Shown one piece after another: positions 30,267-41,912 of a stretch of DNA of 64,000 nt. The stretch spans positions 62,001-126,000 of the IMG/VR virus record IMGVR_UViG_3300036715_004471; one strand, given 5' to 3'. The notes under the pieces were generated by a model. That model searched no databases. It was not told where the DNA came from and saw only the letters and a list, made by a program, of their open reading frames with translations. Numbering within the stretch: position 1 is the first letter of the stretch; the number at the start of each line of letters is the position of its first letter. A program made the position numbers and the translations under genes.

Positions 30267-30715
30267 GATGGGTTGAACGCGGGAGAGACACGAGCGAAAC
30301 ACACGCCCTTACCAGAGCCGGGTGTCGCCTATGTTTCACCATATTGGACAGATGCCAAGTCCACAGGTGCGTGCTACGCCGTAGGATAGACCACGCATAC
30401 TACTGCTAACTTCTCTTTGCCCAAGGCGAAGAGGCGAGAGGGATGGGAATCTCTCCCGCGTTCTTCCCTGTTTGTTTCAAGGCTGGGCGCCTTATATTTC
30501 TCGTTTGCCTTAGACCTGGCAGTCAGGCGCATCACGGGGAGTGATCGAAACGATTATGCACCGTATTTCGGAAGGTGCTTATGGGCGGGATTCGGTCTCA
30601 AGGAATACGGCTTCACCGGCGACCCACCACCAGAGAATAACCACAGACCGACTGATGTTGTCAGACCGATCGAGATATAGAGATTTACTTCTTGGTCTCG
30701 CAGGAAGTCGTCGCG
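30267..30715 (-). ncRNA. Candidate large structured non-coding RNA
   Basis: No credible ORF; perfect 14-bp inverted repeat 30275-30288/30450-30463 enclosing several hairpins. Confidence 0.45.
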
Positions 30716-30821
30716 CGACTATCCAGGTATTTGGAGCCGAGATCCAGGGCTCCGCAGATCAGCACGAGACCGAGAATCAGCACGGTGAAGGGAGTGAAGT
30801 ATTCGCGCACGATCAGATCAC

Positions 30822-31811
30822 CTACAGCCGACCACTGGGAACGAGCATCAGCTCATACGTCCCGCCCTCCAAGCCCCCTTCACCCTCTTCGATGGGCTGT
30901 GGAAGAGCCTGCATCGGACCCTTGCCGGCAGTCTCCAGCTCGCCCGGATCCTTCCAGTCGCTCTCGTCGATGCAGCCAGCGAAGTAGGGAGCCGACATTC
31001 CATCACGAGTCATCCAGACGTAGAAGGTGTTGTTGAGCACCAGCGCCGGCTCGGATGCCATGATACACTCCAGAGCGAAGGCGAATGCCGCGGCACTCTC
31101 CGCCTTGGCGCCGATATGGTTCATGGCGAACTTGGTCTGCTGCTTCGCCTCGATCACCTTGTACTTGCCAATGGTGCCCGTGCGGACGCCCACGCCCTTG
31201 AACCACATGTCGACGAAAAAGCTGATGTCGACTTCGGCGTTGTGATCGACGAACGGGAAGATCACGCTTCCGTAATCGTAGACGCGTTTGCCATCCGTGA
31301 GCGACGAGACCGCCGCCAGAAGATCCAGACCCTCCAGCGAGGTATCCGCGGCGAGCGTCATGTGAACGACATCACCGTTCTGCGTACAGATGTGAGCCAC
31401 CGGATGGGGGTAGTCGGGGCTCTTGGTGAAGTAAACGTCCTCCTCCACTTCCGCCGCCTTGTACTCCTTCTCACCCTTGGTCAGGTAGGTCTCCTTGCCC
31501 TGGGTGATCCACTTGACGAGGACCTTCATCACCGACGCGGTGCCGAAGGTGTCCGGATCCTCGAACGGTTTGAGCTTGATCTCGAAGCCCTTGGCGGCGA
31601 GGAAGGCGTTGATCTTCTCGGCATCGAAGCTGGCGATGGTCTCCATCTCCTCGGAAGTGAGCTTGGAGAGCTGCTCTTTCCACTCGGAGAAGCGCTCCAG
31701 ATAGCGCTCCTGCTCGTGGTTGATGGGGTTGAACGGCGTACGAGCCGAACCGGTGACGAGACCCTGAGAAAGCGCGGCGACGAGGGGGTAAACGGCAACA
31801 GTCTTCGACAT
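30822..31811 (-). CDS. Serpin-like protein
   Basis: INAFL, LVKW, and C-terminal QQTKFAMNHIGAKAESAAA...LVLNNTFYVW...PYFAG resembling the serpin hinge, reactive loop and terminal strands. Confidence 0.6.
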   Translation of the reverse strand: MSKTVAVYPLVAALSQGLVTGSARTPFNPINHEQERYLERFSEWKEQLSKLTSEEMETIASFDAEKINAFLAAKGFEIKLKPFEDPDTFGTASVMKVLVKWITQGKETYLTKGEKEYKAAEVEEDVYFTKSPDYPHPVAHICTQNGDVVHMTLAADTSLEGLDLLAAVSSLTDGKRVYDYGSVIFPFVDHNAEVDISFFVDMWFKGVGVRTGTIGKYKVIEAKQQTKFAMNHIGAKAESAAAFAFALECIMASEPALVLNNTFYVWMTRDGMSAPYFAGCIDESDWKDPGELETAGKGPMQALPQPIEEGEGGLEGGTYELMLVPSGRL

Positions 31812-32426
31812 TTGGTGTAACTTCTTTGAATGTGGATTTGTTACCCTGCGCTCTGACGGCAAAGTTAATCCGCCAGCAGCTAGCACATCTGATGAAGATG
31901 TTCAAAGTGAAGAGCCAGCCAGGTATTTATTTCAAAACCTCTACGGGCTCAGCATCAACTACGCGACGATCCGCCACGTAATCTCCCTGGTATACTTCAA
32001 CCCGCAGACCTCTTGTTTGATGGGCTTCGTAAGCAAGCTTCATCGCCGCCCGTTTGCTCGGCTTTGTATGGATTTCATCATCCGCCGATACTATACGAAC
32101 AGTATGAGGCTTGCTATTATTCATCGGAAAAGTTTACCAGAGTGGCTTGCCGCTCCGATTGGGTCGCCGACCTCGACCATCGTTCTCACGCGGAGGGCGA
32201 GGGGGACGATTGCGCGTGATGCGCTCGAAACCGCCAGGCTCCGGATCGTCATCATCCTGAAAAGGAAGACGCTCTTCCCGCTCGGGCTGAACATCCTCGC
32301 CATTGTGATCCTGATGGGGCACACGACCCTGCATGGAGATCAATTCGCCCATAGTGTAACTCTTCTTTTCGTTCACTTTGCACCTTGCATGGTGGAGAGT
32401 GTCAACAGTGACAGCCGACGTAGTTG

Positions 32427-32720
32427 TTACAGGTCCTGCTCTTGCAGGTACTTGATCTCAGCCTTGTACTCGCGACGCCTAGCATCCATCCAGATGCAGA
32501 GCACCAGCAAGACAATCGCGGTCGCAATTCCTCCCCTGGAATCATAACCGATCGAAGTGCCCAACGTTACGGCAGCGATGCAGGCGAGGATGCCGAGAAA
32601 CCACATCAGACCCTCTTCGTACGAACGAGCGTCCGAGAGAGACTTCTTTTGAGCGTCGGTCAAACCACGCAAAACCATCTGATCGATGGGCTGCGTCGCG
32701 CGCGTTTCGTTAGCGGTCAT
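32427..32720 (-). CDS. Small membrane protein
   Basis: Two TM segments. Confidence 0.55.
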   Translation of the reverse strand: MTANETRATQPIDQMVLRGLTDAQKKSLSDARSYEEGLMWFLGILACIAAVTLGTSIGYDSRGGIATAIVLLVLCIWMDARRREYKAEIKYLQEQDL

Positions 32721-33889
32721 GGATTATCCTGTTGGGTAGAAGAAGGAAGTTGTGGGCGCCAGTGGAAGAAGATCGCATCCAGAAGATGATCAGCCACAGT
32801 GGGCACGAATTTCTTTACCACGTAAGGCGGAACAGAAAGCCTATCACCTTCCACGAACCAGCCACGCGGGAAACCCGCCGCCTCACAGGCGTCTTCGATT
32901 TCTTTGCGAGCAAGATACTGCTCCCAGGTCAGCACACCCTACTCCGTGATTTCCTCCAAGAAGAAGGAGAGCGGAATTTCCCTCTCCATGAACTCCTTGG
33001 AACTCGCCACGTAGCGATCGAGAGTATTGCCCAGCAACATCTCCCAGCTCTCCTGCGAGATCACTTTGTGAGTATCTGCCAGAGCATCGTGATGGATCTT
33101 ATCCATCCAGGACAGATGAAGCTTGAGCCAATCGAACTGTCGCGGCTTGATCGTATCTTCTTCCATGTCGGTTACCTCAGCTCGGGAGCGAGCTTTTCGA
33201 TGGGGAGCTTGGCATCGTCACATGCCGCGGCGGCACGCCCCATATCCTGAAGGGCGCTGAATACCGCATTCTGCCATACGGTACGAGGCGCCTGCTCGAT
33301 GGGTTCAGGTCCCGCCTGAATGCGCTTGTACTCGCGCACGGACTTCTCGTATGCCAGAATCAAAGGATGCTTCTCCGCAAACATCTTATTCTCCTTTGGG
33401 ATGTTAGCGACCATGACAGAAGAGACAGTCGTCCATGCCACTCTTCTTGAGACCGTCGTAAACGCATTCGCCAGTAGGCGACTCGCCACAGTCACAGGAA
33501 CCGAAGTACAGATGTGCAGGGCACGAGTCTTTCAGGGCTCCACGAACCGTGAGATCCATGGCGGTCTGCAAACTGTGCTCCAGAGCCGACAGCCTTTTCT
33601 GCGCGGCATCTCGTTCTTCCCGAACTGCCTTGATGATGGGGTTCATGATCGCCTCTACTAGAAGATGAGAATCAAAACCACCACGATGATGGGCGAGCAG
33701 AGAGCCAAGATAGCCAGGATAGCCAGGCATCCGACAGTCCCATAGATAGCTCCCTCAGTACTGCCGATGAACGGCATCGAAGAACACTTTCTTTTGAGAC
33801 CGAGATACCATTGGCTATGACGCCAATTGTTTTGAAGACTCATGCATTTTCCTTTATCGCGGGGATCCGCGATACCCGCCATAGCAAGT

Positions 33890-34483
33890 TCATGGTTTCA
33901 AGTTTTGAGTGACTCGTTTACACAAGTCTACCCAATCTTCTAACTTATGATGCGCTTTGGATTGATTACAATCACGACAACTTATGTTGATGTTATCGGA
34001 TGTGTTCTCCCCACCCAAACAAACTGGATGTATGTGATCTAAGCTTTTATGCCTAGTATCTGTAAAGGGCTGCGCACAATAGCAGCAATTCTTTGCTGCA
34101 ACATAGCGTTTAGTAACCTCTACTATTACTACCGCGCTTGCGGCATTATTCCAGTTTTTGTTGCTTCTTTTTGTGCCACCAACCAAAGCATGATGCACGA
34201 TGTTTCTCGCCACATAAGAGCAAGTATCGCATCTTCTGTGTCTGGAAGAAATCGGATTGAATTTCTCATCACATATCTCACAACTTTTTACAACTAAGAC
34301 GACTTCTTTGTCTACGTTGCGTTGAAGATAGCGCGGACCACTCTTATCCCTAAACTTCTTCCTCTTTTCGGCACAACAGAGTTTACAGTAACGATTACGA
34401 CCGTCACGTATAGCTCTGTTGATACCGAATTCGGTCGGTGATTTTTTATTCTTACACCTGATACAAGTTATGCACGTTTCCAT
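33890..34483 (-). CDS. HNH homing endonuclease
   Basis: CCYC...SLDHIHP...GG....NINISCRDCNQSK with N-terminal Zn ribbons; AT-rich. Confidence 0.85.
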   Translation of the reverse strand: METCITCIRCKNKKSPTEFGINRAIRDGRNRYCKLCCAEKRKKFRDKSGPRYLQRNVDKEVVLVVKSCEICDEKFNPISSRHRRCDTCSYVARNIVHHALVGGTKRSNKNWNNAASAVVIVEVTKRYVAAKNCCYCAQPFTDTRHKSLDHIHPVCLGGENTSDNINISCRDCNQSKAHHKLEDWVDLCKRVTQNLKP

Positions 34484-34537
34484 ACATAACTATATATCAA
34501 GTCTCACCTAAGTTTTTCGGTCAAACTTAGGTGAGAT

Positions 34538-36169
34538 TCACCTCAACGTGCCTCGCACCCTCCACAGTACATGCATGGCTCGCGTTCGAGCAACATAGGC
34601 GAGGTTACGTTCTTCACGCTGATTGCCGTTCTTGAGGAAACAGGTATCCTCCAGCACAGCCACTCGCTTCCACTCCTTGCCCTTGGCGCGATGAATCGTG
34701 CTGAGCAGCACGATGCGCTCCGGCATCTTCTTGGGATCGGGGAAGAGATCCTCGATGGCTTGAATCACCTCGTGGATCTCGAACCTGCCCTCGCAGAGCG
34801 TCGAGATACACTCGGCGGTATCGTTGACCGACTCGATGGGCTTCTTAGTTCCCTCGCGACGAGCAACCTCCGCTTCACGCCACTTCTCGGTCCACTCCAA
34901 CAGAGCATTGACGGTTTCCGCCCCGCTCCGCTTGACCATAAACTTGAGGTGCTCCGCCACGTCCCGACCCATGATGTTGGCAGGGATACCCAGCCGAATC
35001 AGAGCAAAGCAGAGCTTGAGCAACGGAGCATTGAGACGCGAAAGGATCGCGTCACCAACATCCACGGTGTCGAGAAGCTCCTCGATGGGGAGCACGATCA
35101 CTTCGCCTTCGTGAGCCCCTTCCGGGCACTCAAGTCCAGGCACGTATTCCTGCGCGGCTGCAACGATCGCCCTGCCGCAACGGTAGGTGCAAGGAAGCGG
35201 GAACCGCTGAGAATTGTAGCGCCCAACACCACGATCGATGGAGTCGGTACTAGCTCCACGCCAGATGTAGATCGCTTGGTTCTCATCACCACAGGTGATC
35301 ATCAGACCACCAGGCTTGACACTCCGATCCAACAGCTCGTGCTGAGATGGACAGAGATCCTGGTACTCGTCTACGCTCACCACGGAGTAGCGACGAATCT
35401 GAAGGTTGTGGTAGATGGGCATGGCGATCATGTCGCCGAAGTCGATTCGCTTGGTATCGTTCAGCCCGATGATGAGGATCTTCTCCGCAAGCGCGAGAAA
35501 CTCCGCGCGCGTGAGGTGACCCGTTTCCATCTCGAACTGATCGATCAGCGGCTCCATGTCCGCCGCGGTCCAGGCGAGGTAATCGCGTGCGCGATCCATC
35601 ATCTGACGAAGGTTCTCACGGGCAACCATCGTCTTGCGCTCGGTGCCCAGCTCCGCCTTGATGTAGCCGTCGTACTTCCGGTTATCGGTAGCACTCCGAG
35701 AGTTGAGCTTGGGATATGCCTTGACTACCGCTTGACGACCCAGGGCGTGAATGGTCTTAGCTTCCACACCGTCTGCCACGCGGTTCTTGAGAACCGTGGC
35801 AATGTCGAAGTTGAATGCAACCTGCACCGAATCGCGGAGAAGCTCCGCGGGCAGATAGTAATCCTTTTCCACCTCAGTGGTGGTTTTGCCACAACCAGCC
35901 AGAGCGTCGATGTGAATGCCGATGACAGGAGGCGGTTCCGGCATCGGTTGCCCGGGACGCCACGAAGCCATCTGCGCAGCATAGGTGCGGATATTCCGCA
36001 AGGCAGCCAGACCAGCAACCCGAATCGAATCGAAGATGGTGATCTGGTAGGAGGAAGGCGTGGCGAGACGCTTGCGCTCAGTGGGCGCAACCACAGGCTT
36101 GGTGTATCGCTGGTTCCCGTAGGAGCCGCCGTTACCGCGACCGTAACCACCGCTTTTGCTGTATGCCAT
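34538..36169 (-). CDS. UvrD/Rep-like superfamily 1 helicase
   Basis: ALAGCGKTT, VDEYQD, GDENQAIY.WRGA, TYRC, STIHRAKGKEW, YVARTRA; start set at MAYSK. Confidence 0.9.
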   Translation of the reverse strand: MAYSKSGGYGRGNGGSYGNQRYTKPVVAPTERKRLATPSSYQITIFDSIRVAGLAALRNIRTYAAQMASWRPGQPMPEPPPVIGIHIDALAGCGKTTTEVEKDYYLPAELLRDSVQVAFNFDIATVLKNRVADGVEAKTIHALGRQAVVKAYPKLNSRSATDNRKYDGYIKAELGTERKTMVARENLRQMMDRARDYLAWTAADMEPLIDQFEMETGHLTRAEFLALAEKILIIGLNDTKRIDFGDMIAMPIYHNLQIRRYSVVSVDEYQDLCPSQHELLDRSVKPGGLMITCGDENQAIYIWRGASTDSIDRGVGRYNSQRFPLPCTYRCGRAIVAAAQEYVPGLECPEGAHEGEVIVLPIEELLDTVDVGDAILSRLNAPLLKLCFALIRLGIPANIMGRDVAEHLKFMVKRSGAETVNALLEWTEKWREAEVARREGTKKPIESVNDTAECISTLCEGRFEIHEVIQAIEDLFPDPKKMPERIVLLSTIHRAKGKEWKRVAVLEDTCFLKNGNQREERNLAYVARTRAMHVLWRVRGTLR

Positions 36170-37215
36170 GGTTATCGCCAGCACCAATCGTTGATGGGTG
36201 CCGGTCCTCGTGTTAGGGCTTATTGGAGTAACACGCCCACTGCGTGTTATGAACACCAACATACATTTGCTTGATGGGATTTTGTCCGGTATGCGCAGTA
36301 TATAGTTCGTCAGCTTGAGACAAACTCATACTACCATCACACGAGAAGATGACTTTGCTGGTCCTATTATCGACGTAGACCCACATACAGTCTGCCTCTC
36401 CGTCGGCGACCATTTCTCATGGATCGCAATTGCTTTTTCAGCAGCTTGACCTGCTCTCGAACCTCGTCGAGTTTTTGGTCGTCAGTCTTGTGATGCAAGA
36501 TCCACTTCTTGAAGAAGGGGAAAAGGATCAGACCAATGACCACATCGAAAAGAAACATCAAGAACAGCTCAAATTGCCAGTGCGATGCGCTGCGCAAGAG
36601 CGTCCAAAAAGTCTCTGGTTCCACGATTCAACCCGTGATGGGTAGAGTATGGATCTCGCGAATCTCGTCGATCTCTTGATCCGTCGCATTCAACAACAGA
36701 CGAGCCGCGGCGAGCATTGCCCGCAAAGATCCCGTGGCAAGAATCTTCTTGTTTTCATCCCATGATTGGAAGAGATGGGGGCGCATACGTCTGGATGATG
36801 AAGCGCCCCGGCACTTTCGGATCACGAACGATGTTGCTTTGACCATCGTCGCGAATGATCCACCCGTGATTGTTCTGTGCCATGGTCTCCACTTTCTGTC
36901 CAGTATAGCCGCGCTTGCCGGCGTTGTACTTCACGTCCCATTGGCAGCCGGGGCATCCAGGCAAGCCAGACTCATCGTTCCACGATGAATGCCAGTAAGA
37001 TTCACAGATGGGTCGCGAGTTATCGACGCTCATTACTTATCTTCAAGCGAAAATTTTGCAACAAGAACTATGAGGATTGTTCTTCGCTCCCGGTGGTACC
37101 TACCCAGAAACAAAATACTTTCTCACGTTTCGCTAAACGTTTCGTATAGGTTCAACCAAACGTACCGTTAGGAACATTCAATTGAGCTAACCACTATCTG
37201 GCGCTTGTCGCAAGG

Positions 37216-37288
37216 TGCCCAGGGTGGGACTCGAACCCACACTTAACGGATTTTGAGTCCGTCGCGCTTGCCGTTTCGCCACATGGGC
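37216..37288 (-). tRNA. tRNA-Leu(CAA), short variable loop
   Basis: GCCCATG/CCTGGGC acceptor (one mismatch), ACGGA-CTCAAAA-TCCGT, GTGGG-TTCGAGT-CCCAC, discriminator A. Confidence 0.85.
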
Positions 37289-37363
37289 ATAGGGATTGCC
37301 TATCTCTAGCGCAACCCTATTCTTGCATCAACTTCAGCAAAACTGATCCTGTTTCCAGAATCA

Positions 37364-37444
37364 TGGTGCCAGTGATGGGATTCGATACCCACACCCTTTT
37401 CGGTACGGGAGCGACCCGCAACATATGCTTTATGCTACACTGGC
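37364..37444 (-). pseudogene. Degenerate tRNA or tRNA-like RNA with encoded CCA
   Basis: Perfect GCCAGTG/CACTGGC-ACCA acceptor and T-stem, but aberrant anticodon loop and 8-nt T-loop. Confidence 0.6.
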
Positions 37445-37610
37445 TAAATTGACATAACCAGAGCCATAGAATGGTTAATGTCGCGGATTATCTTAGAAGA
37501 TGCAATGATCTAGGATTGCTTCTCTTCACGAGATGGGTCAGGAAACACCGACCATCCTCTTGGTAATCTCTTGCGAGATTGTCCCTAGCAGCAAGCTGCT
37601 AAACCAACAG

Positions 37611-37683
37611 TGAACCCAGGGCGAGTCGAACGCCCAACTAACTGGTTAAAAGCCAGCTACTCTGCCGATTGAGTTATGGGTTC
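37611..37683 (-). tRNA. tRNA-Lys(TTT)
   Basis: GAACCCA/TGGGTTC, ACTC/GAGT D-stem, GCTGG-CTTTTAA-CCAGT, GGGCG-TTCGACT-CGCCC. Confidence 0.92.
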
Positions 37684-38130
37684 GTTGTACCAGGAGTACC
37701 AATTCTGTTCTTTTGCTGTCTTTTTTCTATGACAGTTGGCGCACCTGATTTCGCATTTCTCTATTTCAGAAACAACAGAGGTCATGGAGCATCCATCATG
37801 CACCATGATCGCAACGTTATCTCTCTTATTGCCACGTACATGATCGAAATCAAGACATGCAACGTTTCTTTCGCCACAATCAATACAGCCTTTGTTAGCT
37901 GCATAATCGTAAACGAATTTTTTTATCACGAGTATCGTAGTTTCTTTACGAAGCCTCGTGACTTTTTTATGTTTTTCTTTATTTTTTTGGTAATACTCTT
38001 TGGATGTGGTTTTGCCGCACTCCCTACAATGTGGCTGTAAACCGTCCCTTTTGGATTTGTTTTTGTTGAACTGCTCTGTGGGTTTAGGATCGTGACAGAG
38101 CACGCATACTTTTAACCGAATTGTTGTCAT
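37657..38130 (-). CDS. HNH homing endonuclease whose 3' end reads into tRNA-Lys
   Basis: CIDCG...LDFDHV...EIEKCEIRCANCHRKKT; AT-rich. Confidence 0.85.
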   Translation of the reverse strand: MTTIRLKVCVLCHDPKPTEQFNKNKSKRDGLQPHCRECGKTTSKEYYQKNKEKHKKVTRLRKETTILVIKKFVYDYAANKGCIDCGERNVACLDFDHVRGNKRDNVAIMVHDGCSMTSVVSEIEKCEIRCANCHRKKTAKEQNWYSWYNEPITQSAE

Positions 38131-38438
38131 ACCCTGATATCAGAGTATTCCTAGATCCGTATTAAAAGGTGGCGATGGGATTCATAGCTCTCGCCAAGGT
38201 GGTTTCACCATCCACCACGGAGAGGTTGAGAAATGATCAGGTTGCGATGATTACACACGCCCCGCGGACAAACGAGATACATCCCGCAAGCTTCGATTGC
38301 ATCACGATCACTGTCGGTTCTATGAGGAACCAGATCAATGTTGCAGAACTCCAGCTCGTAACCGCACTTCTTGCAAACAGTTTTTCTGGTCTCAACCGGC
38401 TTTTCGCTTATCACCCTGATGGTCATGATCTCTGGCTC

Positions 38439-38876
38439 CTAGGTGCAACAGTAGAACTGCGCGCCCGGACAGAAATCGGAACTGTTTCCCAGGATACATG
38501 TGCCGTCAGGACGCACTTCGGTCGGGCAATCCCACTCGAAAAGGTATGCGCCGAAAATGCAATTCGAGGTCTCCCCGATCATCACACACTCCGCAGGACA
38601 TTCCTGTCCTCCAGAAGTAGTAGAAGCGCCACCTCCTCCACCAGCGCCCCCCGACCCACCGCTTCCGCTGGTATCCCTCACGCCGACTTTCACCACCAAC
38701 CCCGATGAAGTTGAAGAAGCCGTGGTGGAATTGCTGCTGCTGACAGTCGCAGTTGTGGATCCATCGGAACCGCCTCCACCAGTCGTCCCACCAGCATCAT
38801 TCGATGGGGAGCCGGTGAACGGCGGTCCACAGGCGATCGTATTGCAGAGTGCGAAAATCAGCCAGGTACGCTTCAT
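38439..38876 (-). CDS. Putative lipoprotein with Gly/Ser/Thr-rich linker and Cys-rich C-terminus
   Basis: MKR + hydrophobic stretch + IAC lipobox-like site; GGGGS/SSST low-complexity linker. Confidence 0.6.
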   Translation of the reverse strand: MKRTWLIFALCNTIACGPPFTGSPSNDAGGTTGGGGSDGSTTATVSSSNSTTASSTSSGLVVKVGVRDTSGSGGSGGAGGGGGASTTSGGQECPAECVMIGETSNCIFGAYLFEWDCPTEVRPDGTCILGNSSDFCPGAQFYCCT

Positions 38877-40485
38877 GGGAAAGCTCCGATGTTTGGGTTA
38901 GTGCAACACCTTGCAATGCGGTAAGCCCGCGATCCCGCCGAAGCGAGACGCGAGCTTTACCGGATGATTGCCGCGAGGAGGAGGCGTGATAATATCCCAC
39001 CCCAGATCGATGCGGCGAAGCATCTCGTCGTTGAACTCTTTTTCGGTCCAGCCCGAAGCAGACATCAGATCGTGACACCGCTTCTGTTCATCAAACGACT
39101 TGATGTAATCACCAGCCAAATAGGCTTCGACCATCGCCGCCTCGTGTGGTTCCAGAACCTTCACAAGAACGGTATAGCTTATCCTCTTTTTCATGTCTTG
39201 ACCTCTCTTGTAGAACCTTGAGGCGGAATGGCGGTTCCGCCTCAAGGTCTGAGGAGATGGGATCAACGCTTGCCGGGCATGGCGTACGTCGCGTCGAACT
39301 GTGCCGCCGGCTTGGTGTAAAGCGCGTCGGGATCGTTCTCGAAGAAGTACGTCACGGTAGCCGCGGTGCGCTCCTTGACCCAGCATTCCAGGCGCATACC
39401 CTTGCTGACGTAGCGGGTGGGCTGCTGGGCGAAGGACTTGTTCTCGTAGTTCATGTTTGTTGACCTCGTGATGTATCTTGGAGAGAAGTTGGTGTGGATG
39501 GGCTCAGCGCGGATTCGGCGTGAAGAGCGCGAGCACGTCGGGCGGAAACAGGTACGAGTCCTGCTGAACACTGTCGCCAGAGCCGGTGCGATGGGTGCAG
39601 CAGACCTTGGTCGAGTTCTTGGGATGACTGTCGATCTCGAAGATCCGCCCCTCATGATCCTTGCGAGTCTTGCCCGCGACGACGACGACCTTGGTGCCCG
39701 GGGTGAGAAGAATGCGATCCGCCATGTTCGTTGACCTCGTTGTTTCTGACGTTGTGAGAATGGAAGTTGATGATTGTGTGATAGGTCCTAGAGACCTACC
39801 AAAGATTCCAGAGCGTCGACGTATGCCCTGGCATCCTCTTCGTACGTAGTGTCCGGATCGTAATAATCCAGACGAAGGTTTGCTTCCTGCAATGTAGGCT
39901 TAACACTCTTTTGATGGGTAGAGAAGACCAGATCGAACTTCTATTCCCAGGTGAGATCATGGTCATCCAACACTTCGCGCAACTCGCGCGCCAACTGCCG
40001 GACACGTCCCTTTCCTTCCGCAGGATCAGTTTGTTTTTTCTTGTAGTCCGAAAGAATAGACATCAGCGCCCACTTCCTCGCCGGCAAATTTTTGGTCCAT
40101 CAAGATACAGGAAGAACTCCCGCACCAAGAAGAAGAACAGCCCGGTGCTAGTAGCAGCCAGCAGGCAATGCTCAGTGATGGGATCCATCAGACCTTATCC
40201 ACCGTGTATTTGTTGTTCTTGCAGAAGTCACACACGGCGGCGAACTTCTCATCTTCCGAAAGACCGTCAGGAAACGAGAAGAAACAATCCTCCCAGTGTT
40301 CCAGCGACCCCTCGAATAGATCCCCACCATTGACCTTGAAGGTCACTTTTTGTTCCGTTTGTCTGCCTTGATGCGACCAGCTTTTGCTTTCGCCTTGGAG
40401 ACCTTCTTGCGCTTCACCTTTTTGTCAGCGTCAGCGTTCTCTTTTGCGGCGAGAGCGTCAGCGATGTTGCGATTGATCTCTTTGC

Positions 40486-41268
40486 TCATTTCTTTAGATC
40501 CAGGAAAATGAAGAAACACACGACCGCGAGGATCACCAGCGCCACCTGCCCGCCGACAACTGCGTGTGGATGGGTTGTGATATCGCCCAAGGCGCCGACG
40601 CCGACGCCGACGATCGAAGCGAGACACAGGATGAGATAGAAAAACGCCATCTTCGTTCCCACGGCGATCATGCCCAAGATCGCCAGAAAAAGGCTCGGTA
40701 TGAATCCAAACACCGCCTTGATTCCGGCGATGATGTAGAAGCTGATGGGTTTCCGCGGCAGCGGCGGGTCCACCACGCGCTCCGCGGGAGCACGATAGAA
40801 TCCTTTATGAAGATCCGCCACGATCGGCTTGCGGGGGCGGGAAAGGCACGCGAACAAATTCATCGAACGCCCAGCCGTTCTGAGGGAATCTCCTCGAACT
40901 CCGCGTCGATGATCACCAGGCATGGAGTTGCTCTTCTTGTGATTGCAAAGCGTACACATCGTCTGCAAGTTGCTCTGGCGTGAACCCCCACCCCGAGATT
41001 TTGGGATGATGTGGTCCTTCGTCATCAGGATGCGCTTGCCACTTTTCGTGATGTGAAAGAAATTGAGATGGGGCGGCTCGCCGACGTGAGTCTGCAAAGC
41101 GAACATCGTGCCCACCACACCGCAACACACACAAGTTTGGTTGCGCCTGAAGCACTCCAAACGAGCAGAGCCGGTATTCACCGAGAACCCTGCCAGTTTG
41201 ATTTGTTTTCTCTCAGTCCCGAGATGGGGAAGAATTTCATCAGCCGGAAAGATTGCTACGGTACGCAT
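40486..41268 (-). CDS. HNH endonuclease domain continuing in frame into a membrane segment
   Basis: CVCCG...MTKDHIIPKSRGG...NLQTMCTLCNHKK, then about three hydrophobic segments; may be two genes. Confidence 0.6.
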   Translation of the reverse strand: MRTVAIFPADEILPHLGTERKQIKLAGFSVNTGSARLECFRRNQTCVCCGVVGTMFALQTHVGEPPHLNFFHITKSGKRILMTKDHIIPKSRGGGSRQSNLQTMCTLCNHKKSNSMPGDHRRGVRGDSLRTAGRSMNLFACLSRPRKPIVADLHKGFYRAPAERVVDPPLPRKPISFYIIAGIKAVFGFIPSLFLAILGMIAVGTKMAFFYLILCLASIVGVGVGALGDITTHPHAVVGGQVALVILAVVCFFIFLDLKK

Positions 41269-41912
41269 CGTTTTATCCGCTCTTCTTTCCAGGATAGAGA
41301 ACGCAATCCGCTTTGTGGTCTTCTCCCACACGTTCGTGCCCACATCCCCAACAGTGGGTCGAACCGCTCCGCTCATCCAAATCGCGGGCGAGACAGACGA
41401 GATTGGTGAGTTGCTTTGCCAGATCCGGGTGGATGGGCATGGCGATGCGCTGCGTGATCTTCCAGCAGGCATAGTGCTTGTCACTGTTCCAGCCAGTCAG
41501 GCTGTAAAGCGCACCTTCCCACAGAAGGACTTTGGGCAACTTGGTATATGCCTCATAGTCCGCGCAGTCGCCGATGAGGATCGTTTCTCCGTCAACTTCC
41601 TGAATGTCGGCGAGAAGAAACGCGCACGTCACTGGTTTTGCCCACATGATGTGTCCTTTCAATGCCGAATCCCGCCGACTCCTTACGGAGCAGGCGGGTT
41701 CGGGTTCGTTCACGCGTGGGAGAAGATGGGCAGGATGAGCAGCCTCGTCACCGCCGAAGCGAACGCCAGCCACAGAACGATGTACGTCCAGCGCCACCGG
41801 CTCCGCTTCTCGACGTTGTAGTAATCACCGGACACCCACTTGGGTTTGGTCCAGATTTGCGCCAGCGCGATCACCAGCGCGACAACCAGCAGAAAGGTGA
41901 TCCTGTCGATGA

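Noticed and set aside
19798-36206. Identical 17-mer GTTGATGGGTGCCGGTC at 19798 and 36190
   Set aside because: Only two copies and it contains the abundant hexamer; not enough to call an att site or a separate element.
39453-39741. Repeated ACGAGGTCAAC(A/G)AACATG upstream of neighbouring genes
   Set aside because: Explained as an extended Shine-Dalgarno plus start codon.
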